Shown in pieces: positions 1-11,266 of a DNA stretch of 64,000 nt. The notes under the pieces are model-generated. The model had not been told where the DNA came from. It did no database searches and worked only from the letters and a program-made list of their open reading frames with translations. The translations under genes and the position numbers were made by a program. The stretch is from an uncultured Clostridia bacterium. Lineage in GTDB: Bacteria > Bacillota > Clostridia > TANB77 > CAG-508. The first letter of the stretch is position 1. The number at the start of each line of letters is the position of its first letter. Where the stretch lies: NCBI GenBank assembly GCA_947629045.1, contig CANRCF010000001.1, positions 72,078-136,077 of the forward strand, in the 5' to 3' direction.

Positions 1-921
1 AATTGTTCCTAAGTCTTTATCTTGATAGCGATGCTTAAAAGTAATTATACTAAAATCTTTTAACTTTTCATTTTCGCTTTCATCACCTATATACACATTT
101 ATATCTTGTGCAAATCCAGTATTTAAAAGGTCTAGCATAACTTCTTTTGTATCTAATAGATTTATAAAGTTTTTTGCTACTTCCAAACTTTTAAATTCTG
201 GTAGTTCAAAGGATTTGTTTGCTCCTTCTAAATAAAGATGGTCTTCTTCTCGTATAGCTCTTTCTAATTGAAGCATTACTGGTTTTATAACATTTAAGCT
301 TTGATGCATTTCTGAAAATATATATTCTTCTAATGGTTTATCTATTGCCTCTAATGGCTTTCCTTTTAGCTTACTATTAAAAAGATTATTTAAGATATTT
401 ACTTGTTCTTCTGTAATATCTTCGTCAAATTTAATAATTGTTTCTTTTACAATGCCTGTATCTGTAAGTATTACTGCCATTAGCATTCTGCTGCCAAGCA
501 ATACAAATTTTACTTCTTCTATGTTCTGCAAGTTTGCTTTTGGTCCTACTGCAACAGACGTATAGTGTGTTACTTCTGATAAAGTATTTGTTGCAATTTT
601 TGTTAATTCCTCAATTTCATTTACTTTTGTTTCTAATTTTGACTGAATATATTTAATTTCTTCTAAGCTGATATTATCTTCTTTTATTAACTCATTTACA
701 TAGAAACGATAACCTTGTGCTGATGGCACTCTTCCGCTTGATGTATGTGGCTTATCTAAGTAACCACTTTTTTCTAGTTCTACCATTTCATTACGAATTG
801 TGGCACTACTACAATCCAAATTATATTTTTCTGCAATTACACCCGAACTTACTGGCTCTGCAGTATTTATATATTCATCTATAATTGCTTGCAATATCTT
901 TTTCTTTCTGTCATCTAGCAC
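1..921 (-). CDS. hrcA: Heat-inducible transcription repressor HrcA (3' end runs off the window)
   Basis: Own minus-strand translation from GTG at 921..919 (GAGGTGA 6 nt upstream): VLDDRKKKILQAIIDEYINTAEPVSSGVIAEKYNLDCSSATIRNEMVELEKSGYLDKPHTSSGRVP..., open to position 1. Absent from the ORF track because the window edge truncates it. A CIRCE operator lies just upstream. Confidence 0.85.
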   Translation of the reverse strand, partial: MLDDRKKKILQAIIDEYINTAEPVSSGVIAEKYNLDCSSATIRNEMVELEKSGYLDKPHTSSGRVPSAQGYRFYVNELIKEDNISLEEIKYIQSKLETKVNEIEELTKIATNTLSEVTHYTSVAVGPKANLQNIEEVKFVLLGSRMLMAVILTDTGIVKETIIKFDEDITEEQVNILNNLFNSKLKGKPLEAIDKPLEEYIFSEMHQSLNVIKPVMLQLERAIREEDHLYLEGANKSFELPEFKSLEVAKNFINLLDTKEVMLDLLNTGFAQDINVYIGDESENEKLKDFSIITFKHRYQDKDLGTI

Positions 922-1030
922 TTCTTTTCACCTCTATTTCTTTTAGTAGGTTTATTTAGTATATTCAATAACTTTTATATTTCTTATATTGTATTTAAAA
1001 TATTATTTTTAAAGTTTAGCATTTTTATTT

Positions 1031-1057
1031 TTAGCACTCTTGTTCTTTGACTGCTAA
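1031..1057 (-). promoter_or_regulatory. CIRCE operator (HrcA binding site)
   Basis: TTAGCACTC-N9-GACTGCTAA. Left arm 9/9 and right arm 8/9 against the CIRCE consensus TTAGCACTC-N9-GAGTGCTAA. Lies between a promoter-like element and the hrcA start. Confidence 0.85.
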
Positions 1058-1066
1058 ACTTTATAT

Positions 1067-1095
1067 ATATTATAACCATTTTTAGCAATTGTCAA
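1067..1095 (-). promoter_or_regulatory. Candidate sigma-A promoter of hrcA
   Basis: Minus-strand TTGACA (1095..1090), then TATAAT (1074..1069, spacer 15) or TAATAT (1072..1067, spacer 17), upstream of CIRCE. Confidence 0.4.
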
Positions 1096-1253
1096 TATAT
1101 ATTGCTAAAAAGTTGTGTGAAATTTGTGTGAAGGCATAAAAATAAGAACAGACATACTGTTCCTATTTATTTTTCTTTATTTAATTTTACTTGAGTTTGT
1201 ATTTTTTATTAGCTAAATTTATTTTCCATTAGAATAATTTTGCTTAAAAAATT

Positions 1254-2861
<1,608 letters not shown>

Positions 2862-2907
2862 CTATTCACTTACTTTTTATGATTTATTTTATTTTGAGCT
2901 TATAAAT

Positions 2908-2960
2908 AAAAAAAATAGATTTAAAATAAAATACCTTTTGGGGTGTTTTTTTTAAATCTA
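2908..2960 (-). terminator. Rho-independent terminator after the toxin-antitoxin pair
   Basis: Long hairpin TAGATTTAAAA...TTTTAAATCTA (2916..2926 / 2950..2960) with an inner AAAATACC/GGGTGTTTT extension. On the minus strand a T-run follows (plus-strand A-run 2909..2915). Confidence 0.55.
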
Positions 2961-3016
2961 TCATATTTATATGATACTACTATTTATCATAATTTGTAAA
3001 GAGTCTTTTGGAATAT

Positions 3017-3313
3017 TTATAGAAATAAATATAATTTTTTAAAGAAAAAATTTTTTGAATTATTTACTATTGCATGAATATAAATTTTATCATTTTCAAT
3101 TTGGTATATGATTTTATGTTTTCTAAATATAAGTTGTCTTATGTTATGAAATTTAGATTTACTAATTACTTTGCCTATATACGGCATTTCTTCTAAAATT
3201 TTAATATAATTTAAGAGGTTAAGAATGTATGTTTTTTTCATATTGTAGTATGAAATTTTATTCATAATTTCTTTTAAGTCTTGGAGGCTTGTTTTTGTAA
3301 AAATTATTACCAC
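3017..3313 (-). CDS. RelE/ParE-superfamily type II toxin
   Basis: 98-aa ORF overlapping the upstream small ORF by 7 nt, a typical TA coupling. Size and the C-terminal ...KHKIIYQIENDKIYIHAIVNNSKNF pattern fit ParE/RelE-like toxins. Family call is from memory only. Confidence 0.65.
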   Translation of the reverse strand: MVIIFTKTSLQDLKEIMNKISYYNMKKTYILNLLNYIKILEEMPYIGKVISKSKFHNIRQLIFRKHKIIYQIENDKIYIHAIVNNSKNFFFKKLYLFL

Positions 3314-3471
3314 GTCTCAACCTCTTTTCTTAATTCGTCTAGTGAACATATTTCTCCATTGTTAATTGCTTCAATACTTTTCTCTATTTTTTTATCAATA
3401 TAAGCATAATATATGTTCTCCATAATTTTATTTGTAGTTCCTAATTTGATAGTCTTCTTCTTAACTTGCAA
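3307..3471 (-). CDS. Putative antitoxin partner of the ParE/RelE-like toxin
   Basis: Small ORF directly upstream of and overlapping the toxin. I prefer the TTG at 3471, which has AAAGGAGTGA upstream, over the track start at 3489, which sits directly after a TATAAT box. Confidence 0.5.
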   Translation of the reverse strand: MQVKKKTIKLGTTNKIMENIYYAYIDKKIEKSIEAINNGEICSLDELRKEVETW

Positions 3472-3610
3472 TTTTATCACTCCTTTCAATAGTATTATAC
3501 TAAATTTCTGTTAGATTAGTCAACAAATTTTTTCTTACATTTTTCGACAAATTCAATAAAAATTAAGCACTATAATACTTAAAATTAAGAATTATAGTGC
3601 TTGTTTATTT

Positions 3611-4087
3611 TTATTTTGTAATAGATAAAATTTTGTATTGTATAGTTCCTGCTGGTGCTTGAACTTCAACTATTTGATTCTTTTTTGCACCTAAAATAGC
3701 ACTTCCTATTGGAGACTCGTTTGATATTTTGTTTTGTGCTAAATCAACTTCTGTAGAACCAACTAAAGTGTAGCTTACTTCTTCATTGAACTCTATATCT
3801 AACAATTTTACAGTGTTTCCAACTTGAACTGTCTTAGTATCTATTTCAGATTCGTCAATTATTTTTGCATAACGAATTTTATTTTCTAATTCAGCGATTT
3901 TTGTTTCGTTTTCAGCTTGTGCATTTTTTGCTTCATCATATTCAGAATTTTCAGATAAGTCGCCAAATCCTAAAGCAATTTTTATTCTTTCGGCAATTTC
4001 GCCTCTTTTTGTTGTTTTTAAATAATTTAACTCTTCCTCTAATTTATCATAGCCTTCTTTTGTTAGTAATACTTCCTTATCGTCCAT
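3611..4087 (-). CDS. greA: Transcription elongation factor GreA
   Basis: [24 protein letters not shown]...[15 protein letters not shown] is GreA-like. ATG at 4087 is preceded by AGGAGG. The track ORF starts further upstream without an SD. Confidence 0.9.
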   Translation of the reverse strand: MDDKEVLLTKEGYDKLEEELNYLKTTKRGEIAERIKIALGFGDLSENSEYDEAKNAQAENETKIAELENKIRYAKIIDESEIDTKTVQVGNTVKLLDIEFNEEVSYTLVGSTEVDLAQNKISNESPIGSAILGAKKNQIVEVQAPAGTIQYKILSITK

Positions 4088-4239
4088 TTGTCTATGCCTC
4101 CTTTTGCTTTTAAAATGTAATTGCAACAAACTATATAAAAATATAGGTTGTTGCTCATTGCGTTCTAATATAATAAATTTTTTAAAATTTGTCAAGTTTT
4201 TTACAAGATTTTTCACAAAATGTTCACTTTACAATTTTT

Positions 4240-5263
4240 TTAAGCTGAATTTAATTCTTTTTCTCTCACTCTTTTACATTCTTCATTTGTAATAATTCCA
4301 TTTTTTCCATATAACTTTATAATTCTAACTTTATCTCCTATTATTTTATTTCTTATTTTATAGAACTGCCTTTGATTCAATAAGCTTTCATATAATGTAG
4401 TAATTGGTATATTGTCTAATAAATTATATTGTGAAAAAATTTTCTTTGCTTCATCTGATGTATCTATATCTATTTTTTTAATTTGAATTCCTTCAAAGCC
4501 TAAATTATCATAGTTATAGTTTTTATCCATAGTTATTATTACAGCCATTCTGTATATAGAATATTTTTTTATTTCTTCATCTTCAAAATCAAAATTTATA
4601 ATCCATTTAGCTTTTTTCAGGCTCTTCTTTTTATTATTACTAATTGTTACAACAATATTCTCTTTTTCTTCTATTTTTTCAATTATTTTTTGAAATTTGC
4701 TTATATTCGGCGTAATTATATGTATATTTCTAAAATATTCTCCTAAATAACTAATGTTGTCAATATAAATTTGCCTTGGTTCCTTCATGCAAAAGTATAA
4801 ATCTTCAAGCTCAGTTTGCTCTCCTTGCTGTTTTAAAATATATTCTAAGGTTTCTTTTATTAAATATGGCATTAGTCCGCTTCCGTCAATAATATGTATC
4901 TTTCTTGTAACTTCTTCTTCAAAAATGCTCAAATTTTTTTCCAATTCATTTGAAAATACTAAATTATCTATTTTATATTTTTCAATTAGTTTTCTTACTT
5001 TTTTCATACATTTTTTTAGTTTTACATGATATTTTTTGCCGAGTAAATTGACCAAATGGAAGAATAAATATATATGCATCATAAATTTTCTTTACAGTTA
5101 TTAAATTAAATAAGTATTTTATTTTTACAATTAGTTCATAAAATGTAAAGCACAGTAGATATTGAAGTTTAGCAAATTTTGTTTTTTTATTTTTTATATT
5201 TGTTAAATAGTCAGTTTCATATAATTCTTCATTTGAAGTTTTTTCCTTTATATAACCCAGCAT
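4240..5263 (-). pseudogene. Hypothetical protein apparently split by a frameshift in an A7/T7 run
   Basis: Track ORFs 4982..5335 and 4240..5082 overlap in different frames. A good SD (AGAGGTG, 5 nt spacer) precedes the ATG at 5263, while no SD precedes any Met of the downstream ORF. Removing one base from the run at 5011..5017 fuses them (...KTKK|CMKKVRKLIEKYK...). Confidence 0.4.
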
Positions 5264-5335
5264 AGAAACACCTCTACTTTTAGATATATTTATTATAATT
5301 TTTTGGTCTGCTAATTTCATTAGCATTTTTTTCAT

Positions 5336-5386
5336 AAAAAAAGCCCCGATATAATATAGCTTGTTCTACATTATATTGAGGCTTTA
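5336..5386 (-). terminator. Rho-independent terminator after the GH18 gene
   Basis: Minus strand reads AAGCCTCAATATAAT...ATATTATATCGGGGCTT followed by T7. Confidence 0.6.
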
Positions 5387-5414
5387 TTTTATTTATGATA
5401 ATTATTCTTATTTT

Positions 5415-7124
5415 TTATTTAATTTCTAATTTTTCAGCAATTAAATTCCAAATGTCATTTGTTTCAAATCCTTTTCTCCAATATCCTGCACCTGCTAAAT
5501 TATATTCTGAAACTAAATCTAGTTTTGCTGAAAAAGATTTTTCATCTTCTATCCACATTTTATAGGTATAGCCATTTTGTCCATATTCTACATAGTATTG
5601 TTTTAAATTATCATCCCATGTTTTTTCTATTCCGCTTGGTAAAGTACTTTCTATTTGATTCATTCCTTTAGCACTTGAAGTTACTTTTCCATTATTTTCT
5701 CTCCAAAGTCTTGTATAGAAAGGCATTCCTAGTATTAATTTTTCAGGAGCCACACCTTCTTGACCTAAGAATTTTCTAACATTTTCTTCTACCCAGCCAC
5801 AGCCTGCTGTTGTGCCTGCTTTATTTGAAGATTCGCCATATTGGTCATATCCCATGAAAATTATATAATCTGCTACTTTTCCAATTGTGTATCTATCATA
5901 GCATAAAGACCATTCTGGTGAGCCGTCTGGTGCTGTAACATCAACAGATAATATTTTTCCTATTTCATTTAATTTAGGCTCTAATTCTATTAAGAAACGA
6001 GAAAATTTATCTTTATCTGTTTCATACATATTTTCAAAGTCTATATTTATACCATCAAGATCATATTTAATTACTAAATTCACAATTTCGTTTATTGTAT
6101 CTTCTCTTAATTTGTAATCATTTAAGATTTCTGATGTTGTTTTTATTTTAGATTCATTTGAAATAGAAGCCCATACTTGATAGCCTCTGCTATGTGCCCA
6201 TTCTATATATCTTCTTCCTTGCTCTCCAATATTTGTAAGTATTTCTCCTTTTCCTAATTCTTTTAGTCTGAAAAATGTTGGTGCTACTACATTTATTCCA
6301 TTAATTGTGCTTCCTGTTCTATCTGGTGCAGATACATATTCTGAAAAATAATCCCAAACTAAACTTACTTTTCCTTCTATTAATTGTTTTTTCTGCATAT
6401 CTGAACGAATTTCATTTTGCCTTCCCATTGAATTTTCTTTTACATATCCAAGTATTCCATCTTCAGTTCTTACTCTTACCCATCCTTCTGGTACAGGATA
6501 TTCGCTTCTATTTGCAATTACTAGAGTTTCACCAGTTTTTACTTTTGCTACAGTTCTTGAAATATTTGTTGGTTTATATTTCACTGAATTATTTTTGCTT
6601 GCAGTTGCTACTATATATGCTCTATCTAAAGAATCTATTGTAACTATGTTAGTTTCTTCAATGTAATTTGTGCTGATATTATATACTAAACCAAGTTCTG
6701 ATATAGGAAGATAATAAGTGTCGTCTTTTTTTTCTACCATTCCTTTAATTGTTGTATTAGAGCTATTTATAGAAATTTCTCTACTTTCAACTGGAAGGCT
6801 AGCGACTTTGTTTTCTGAACAAGTTATTATTTGATTGTATTTTTCATCATAAGTAATTGTATTATCTAAAAAGTTTTTTATATCTTGCATGGCTACATAT
6901 ACTATGCCGTTTTCAACATATAAATCTTTCTTTAAACTTGATGTAACATTACTATTGTTAATTATTAAGTTTGTTTTATCTTTAATATCATTTCTTACAT
7001 AATTCTTTCCTGCTATCGAAAGCACGGTTGTTATTCCAACTAAAAAAATTGCTACCACAAATAATTTATATATTACTTTTATTATTTTTCTTTCTTTTCT
7101 TTCATTTTTGGCACGTTTCGACAT
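5415..7124 (-). CDS. Glycoside hydrolase family 18 protein (YaaH/YdhD-like spore peptidoglycan hydrolase), N-terminal membrane anchor
   Basis: 569-aa ORF with the GH18 catalytic motif LDGINIDFE and an N-terminal hydrophobic helix IIKVIYKLFVVAIFLVGITTVL. Confidence 0.8.
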   Translation of the reverse strand: MSKRAKNERKERKIIKVIYKLFVVAIFLVGITTVLSIAGKNYVRNDIKDKTNLIINNSNVTSSLKKDLYVENGIVYVAMQDIKNFLDNTITYDEKYNQIITCSENKVASLPVESREISINSSNTTIKGMVEKKDDTYYLPISELGLVYNISTNYIEETNIVTIDSLDRAYIVATASKNNSVKYKPTNISRTVAKVKTGETLVIANRSEYPVPEGWVRVRTEDGILGYVKENSMGRQNEIRSDMQKKQLIEGKVSLVWDYFSEYVSAPDRTGSTINGINVVAPTFFRLKELGKGEILTNIGEQGRRYIEWAHSRGYQVWASISNESKIKTTSEILNDYKLREDTINEIVNLVIKYDLDGINIDFENMYETDKDKFSRFLIELEPKLNEIGKILSVDVTAPDGSPEWSLCYDRYTIGKVADYIIFMGYDQYGESSNKAGTTAGCGWVEENVRKFLGQEGVAPEKLILGMPFYTRLWRENNGKVTSSAKGMNQIESTLPSGIEKTWDDNLKQYYVEYGQNGYTYKMWIEDEKSFSAKLDLVSEYNLAGAGYWRKGFETNDIWNLIAEKLEIK

Positions 7125-7304
7125 TTTTATTTTTCTCCTTCAAGTTTCTTTTCTAAACTATATCACAATTTTTGTTTTTCGTGAATACTATTTTTTATTT
7201 TTTAATAATTTATTCATTTTTGTCGAATTATGTCACAATTTTTTAATTGATTTTCTTAACACACTAGTATATAATTATAAAAAAGTAAAGGAGTGTTTAG
7301 TTCA

Positions 7305-7652
7305 ATGAAAGATTTTTATAATAAAGATTTAACAGAAATTGTTGATACTTTTTATAATGGCAATGCTCAAAATTATGTTACAGAATTAACAAATGATTTT
7401 GACAACAAGCTAAAACAATCCAAATTGTCTTTATCTAACTACAACGGAATTAATGTAAATGATAATACAGAAGAATATAATTATATTAATAAATCTTCTA
7501 CTATATCTAAAGAAATAGAAAAGAGACTTTATAACCAAATAAATTTAATTAAGCAAATGCAAAAATTAGATAACAATAAACTTTATTCTAAAGAAGAAGC
7601 CTTTTTTCTTATATTTGGAGATGATTATACTAGTGAATTGTTATCAAATTAA
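7305..7652 (+). CDS. Hypothetical protein (possible antitoxin partner of the degraded ParE-like gene)
   Basis: ORF with AAGGAG upstream of the ATG at 7305. Its last codons overlap the GTG of the ParE-like remnant. Confidence 0.4.
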   Translation: MKDFYNKDLTEIVDTFYNGNAQNYVTELTNDFDNKLKQSKLSLSNYNGINVNDNTEEYNYINKSSTISKEIEKRLYNQINLIKQMQKLDNNKLYSKEEAFFLIFGDDYTSELLSN

Positions 7653-7987
7653 ATATTCTGTTTCTCGGCATACAGTCATCTTTATCTATTTATAATTATA
7701 TAAAATATAAGTTATGCAATCCTATTGCAGCAAAAAATTTCTACCGTAAATATGATGAAACAATTAAAATATTAGAAAATTTTCCTTTTGCCTATCCTGA
7801 ATTAAAAGATACAAATTTTAGATATCTTGTTTTAAATCAATGGATTGTTTTATATGAAATTCAAAATTATCTTATTATCATTCATTTTGTATTACACTCT
7901 AGACAAAATTTCCATAAAAGTAATTCTGACTTGTCCCAAGTACCCCAAAAATGGGAAAGTGGACCTGGTCCCTTTACTGCTTCTTAA
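7633..7987 (+). pseudogene. ParE/RelE-like toxin remnant (frameshifted)
   Basis: From GTG 7633: VNCYQIKYSVSRHTVIFIYL then a stop. The next frame continues ...SIYNYIKYKLCNPIAAKNFYRKYDETIKILENFPFAYPEL...IIIHFVLHSRQNF, which is ParE-like. That frame has no canonical start and runs on through the repeat at 7925..7972. Confidence 0.5.
7925..7972. repeat. Copy A of a ~50-nt intergenic repeat (second copy at 52984..53035)
   Basis: TCTGACTTGTCCCAAGTACCCCAAAAATGGGAAAGTGGACCTGGTCCC versus TCTGACTGACCTGTCCCTTTTACCCCAAAAATGGGGAATTGGACCTGGTCCC. Confidence 0.6.
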
Positions 7988-8360
7988 TTTTAGGTTTTGC
8001 TAGAAGTGATGCTAGATAGCCAAAAAATACTGCTGCTGCAATTCCACCAGCTGAGGCTTTAACCCCGCCTGTAAATGCTCCAAGAAGACCTGCTGTTTTT
8101 ACTTCCTGCATAGCACCTTTTGCAAGGTTAGCACCAAAGCCAAGTAATGGTACAGTGGCTCCTGCTCCTGCAAAATCAATTAAATATTTATAAATTCCAA
8201 GTCCTCCTAAAATAGCACCAGTTGTTACAAATATAACTAAAATTCTTGCAGGTGTAAGTTTCGTTTTGTCAATTAGAATTTGTCCTATTATACATATTAT
8301 TCCACCTACTACAAAACATTTTAAGATTCCCATCCAATCTATACTTTGTATAAAATCCAT
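7974..8360 (-). CDS. spoVAE: Stage V sporulation protein AE (SpoVAEB-type)
   Basis: 128-aa membrane protein, ...VVGGIICIIGQILID...GAGATVPLLGFGANLAKG..., last gene of a spoVAC-AD-AE run. Confidence 0.85.
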   Translation of the reverse strand: MDFIQSIDWMGILKCFVVGGIICIIGQILIDKTKLTPARILVIFVTTGAILGGLGIYKYLIDFAGAGATVPLLGFGANLAKGAMQEVKTAGLLGAFTGGVKASAGGIAAAVFFGYLASLLAKPKIKKQ

Positions 8361-8448
8361 CTTTTTAAGTTCCTTTCTGAATTTTTATTGTTAATTTATT
8401 TTTTCATGCAAAATTCTTTTTAGTTTATTTTTTAGTTTTTAATTATTT

Positions 8449-9462
8449 TTAATTTATAGAAGTTTCAATTGCAACTGCATGTGCAATTCCAGGAATACTT
8501 TCTCCTTGTTGAGATGTAGTAGCATTAGTTAAAGCACCAGTTGCAACTAATAATATTCTATTTAGCTTTTTGTCTTTTAATTGTTTAAAGAAATACCCTG
8601 AAAATGTTACACCAATACAAGCACATCCGCTTCCTCCAGAGTGTGTATCTTGTTTTTCTTTATCAAAAATTAAAACTCCACAATCCTCATAATTGTTTTT
8701 TATGTTATAGCCCTTAGTTTCTGTAAGCTCGCATACTATCTCTTTTCCTACATAACCCAAGTCGCCAGTGATAATCATGTCATAATAACTTGGTTTTCTT
8801 CCTGTATCTCTAAAATGTGTTATTAAAGTATCTACTGCTGCTGGTGCCATTGCGGCTCCCATATTATTTGCATCTTTAATTCCCATATCTACGATTTTTC
8901 CTGGTGTTACCATTGTAATATATGGTCCACTTCCGTTTTCTCCAACAACTGCTGCGCCTGAGCCTGTTACTGTCCATTGTGAAGTTGGGGGTCTTTGATT
9001 TCCAAGTTCTAGTGGAAAACGGAATTGTTTTTCTGCACTACAAAAATGGCTGGATGTAGCACATAAAACATTTCTAGCAGCTTTTGCATCTACAAATATG
9101 CTACCTAAGCATAAGCTCTCTACAAATGTAGAACATGCCCCAAATACACCAAAAAATGGTATGTTTAATTCTCTTAATCCAAAGCTTGATGATATACATT
9201 GATTTAATAAATCCCCTGCAAAGCAGTAATCTATTTGATCTGCTGGAACTCCTGATTTTGTAATTACAGAATTTACAGCTTCTTTAATAATTTTACTTTC
9301 TGCTTTTTCCCATGTTTTTTCTCCCCAAAATTCATCTTCTAAGCATTGGTCAAAGTATTTTGCAAGTGGTCCTTGTCCTTCTTTTGGACCTACGATACTT
9401 GCTACTTCAACGATGGTTGGAGGATTTTGTAATTTTATTGTTTGTGCTCCTAAACGCTCCAT
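8449..9462 (-). CDS. spoVAD: Stage V sporulation protein AD
   Basis: 337-aa thiolase-fold-like protein sitting between spoVAC and spoVAE. Confidence 0.9.
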   Translation of the reverse strand: MERLGAQTIKLQNPPTIVEVASIVGPKEGQGPLAKYFDQCLEDEFWGEKTWEKAESKIIKEAVNSVITKSGVPADQIDYCFAGDLLNQCISSSFGLRELNIPFFGVFGACSTFVESLCLGSIFVDAKAARNVLCATSSHFCSAEKQFRFPLELGNQRPPTSQWTVTGSGAAVVGENGSGPYITMVTPGKIVDMGIKDANNMGAAMAPAAVDTLITHFRDTGRKPSYYDMIITGDLGYVGKEIVCELTETKGYNIKNNYEDCGVLIFDKEKQDTHSGGSGCACIGVTFSGYFFKQLKDKKLNRILLVATGALTNATTSQQGESIPGIAHAVAIETSIN

Positions 9463-9576
9463 TATTTTATTGCCATATAAATTTTACTTATACTTGCGAA
9501 TTTATATGGACTACTCCTTTATATTAAATTTAGGTTTTTTAATTTAAAGGCTAAACCTATAAACCATAAATTATTT

Positions 9577-10020
9577 CTACATAAATAAAAGTGCAACTAT
9601 ACCAACAATTACAGAAGCTGAAATACCAAATACTAAAACTGGACCCGCTACTGTAAACATTTTTCCTCCTACACCCATTACATAGCCTTCTGATTTATAC
9701 TCAATAGCAGGAGAAACAATAGAGTTTGCAAATCCCGTAATTGGAATTAAAGACCCTGCACCTGCAAATTTTCCAATTTTATTAAATACATTTAAACCTG
9801 TTAAAATTGCTGATATTGCAATAAGTATAATAGATACTACCGTAGATGCTGCTGTTTCATCTAAGCCTTTAAATTTACAAAAATCCATTATAATTTGTCC
9901 TATTGTACAAATAAGTCCACCTACCCAGAATGCATTAAAGCAATTTTTTAATATTGGTGAATTAGGTGATTTTTGGTCTACATAGTTGCTATATTCTTGC
10001 TTAGTTTCAATTGGTTTCAT
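9577..10020 (-). CDS. spoVAC: Stage V sporulation protein AC
   Basis: 147-aa membrane protein, ...FWVGGLICTIGQIIMD...GAGSLIPITGFANSIV... Confidence 0.9.
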   Translation of the reverse strand: MKPIETKQEYSNYVDQKSPNSPILKNCFNAFWVGGLICTIGQIIMDFCKFKGLDETAASTVVSIILIAISAILTGLNVFNKIGKFAGAGSLIPITGFANSIVSPAIEYKSEGYVMGVGGKMFTVAGPVLVFGISASVIVGIVALLFM

Positions 10021-10135
10021 TTTATTTTACCTCGTATAATTAAATATTCTAATTATACTCTCCTTTCCTTTTTTAATTTCATGTGATATTCTTTTTTTAC
10101 TATTCTTACTTTGCCTTACTAATTATTCTGTGTTA

Positions 10136-10348
10136 TTAGTCCCTATCTCTATCAATTACAAAGCATAAATCTAAATCCACAAAATATTCAACTAATTTTT
10201 TTCCTTCTATTCTTGCTCTTTGCTCTAATATTTTTACTCCTGATAAATAATCAATTGTTTTTGAAGCCTCGTTAACTGCTTGTACTACTGCATCCTTCCA
10301 AGATACTGTTGAAGTAGCTGTAATTTTTAAATGTTTTTCAATTCCCAT
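10136..10348 (-). CDS. Dodecin-family protein
   Basis: MGIEKHLKITATSTVSWKDAVVQAVNEASKTIDYLSGVKILEQ... fits dodecin (~70 aa). ATG at 10348 has GAAAGGA 9 nt upstream. Confidence 0.65.
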   Translation of the reverse strand: MGIEKHLKITATSTVSWKDAVVQAVNEASKTIDYLSGVKILEQRARIEGKKLVEYFVDLDLCFVIDRDRD

Positions 10349-10591
10349 TTTTGTCATTCCTTTCACTGTGCCATATATGCACAAAATTTAATTTTTAATA
10401 AACTCGTGATATTCATTTATTTGCTGTTTTTATCTTTTCCAAAAAATTAAGTTTTATACAAAAAATAGGAATTTTAATAAAAACTTCTAAAAAGCAAATA
10501 AGAATTTTGTTTTTTGCACAAAAAAAGAGATTATCCTAATATTTTAGTTTAATCTCTAATTTTTAATTTCAAATTAATTCTTATTTTATTC

Positions 10592-10942
10592 TTATGCTTT
10601 TTTAGCTACTTCTGCAATTTCAGCAAATGCTTTTGGATCTGTAGCTGCAATTTCTGCAAGCATTTTTCTATTGATAACAACATTTGCTTTCTTTAATCCG
10701 TTAATTAGTTTGCTGTATGTCAAACCATTTAAACGACTAGCAGCATTAATTCTTGCTATCCATAATTTTCTAAAGTTACTCTTTTTGTCTTTTCTACCTA
10801 CATAAGCATAATTTCCAGATTTCATAACTGCTTGTTTTGCCATTCTAAATCTATAATGTTTTGCTCCATAGTAACCTTCTGCTCTTTTTAATATTTTTTT
10901 ATGTTTTTTACGACTAATTCTTGCTGTTTTAACTCTTGCCAT
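10592..10942 (-). CDS. rplT: 50S ribosomal protein L20
   Basis: [29 protein letters not shown]... Confidence 0.95.
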   Translation of the reverse strand: MARVKTARISRKKHKKILKRAEGYYGAKHYRFRMAKQAVMKSGNYAYVGRKDKKSNFRKLWIARINAASRLNGLTYSKLINGLKKANVVINRKMLAEIAATDPKAFAEIAEVAKKA

Positions 10943-11027
10943 TTTATTTCACCTTCCTTAATTATTATGCGGGGCAATTTATTATTAACTTAATTCTAAC
11001 TTCCCCTAACAAGTTATTTTTAATTTT

Positions 11028-11231
11028 CTAATTACCGTATGGTAACATTCTCTTAATTCCTGCTTCGCAAGTCTTATCTGCATAAGCATCTTGTACTTTT
11101 CCTCTAGATTTTGCTCTACTTGTTTTGCGAGCTAAAAGATGTCTTTTATTAGATTTTGTTCTTTTTACTTTTCCTGTAGCTGTATAAGAATATCTTTTCT
11201 TTGCTGCTTTATTTGTTTTTAATTTTGGCAT
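11028..11231 (-). CDS. rpmI: 50S ribosomal protein L35
   Basis: MPKLKTNKAAKKRYSYTATGKVKRTKSNKRHLL... Confidence 0.95.
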   Translation of the reverse strand: MPKLKTNKAAKKRYSYTATGKVKRTKSNKRHLLARKTSRAKSRGKVQDAYADKTCEAGIKRMLPYGN

Positions 11232-11266
11232 AGTCTTTTCCTCCTTTAAATTTATGCTAATCTATT

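Noticed and set aside
7221-7227. Spo0A box TGTCGAA upstream of the GH18 gene, plus a second one on the minus strand at 3543..3549.
   Set aside because: A 7-mer is expected several times by chance in 64 kb on two strands. There are no paired boxes and no conservation evidence.
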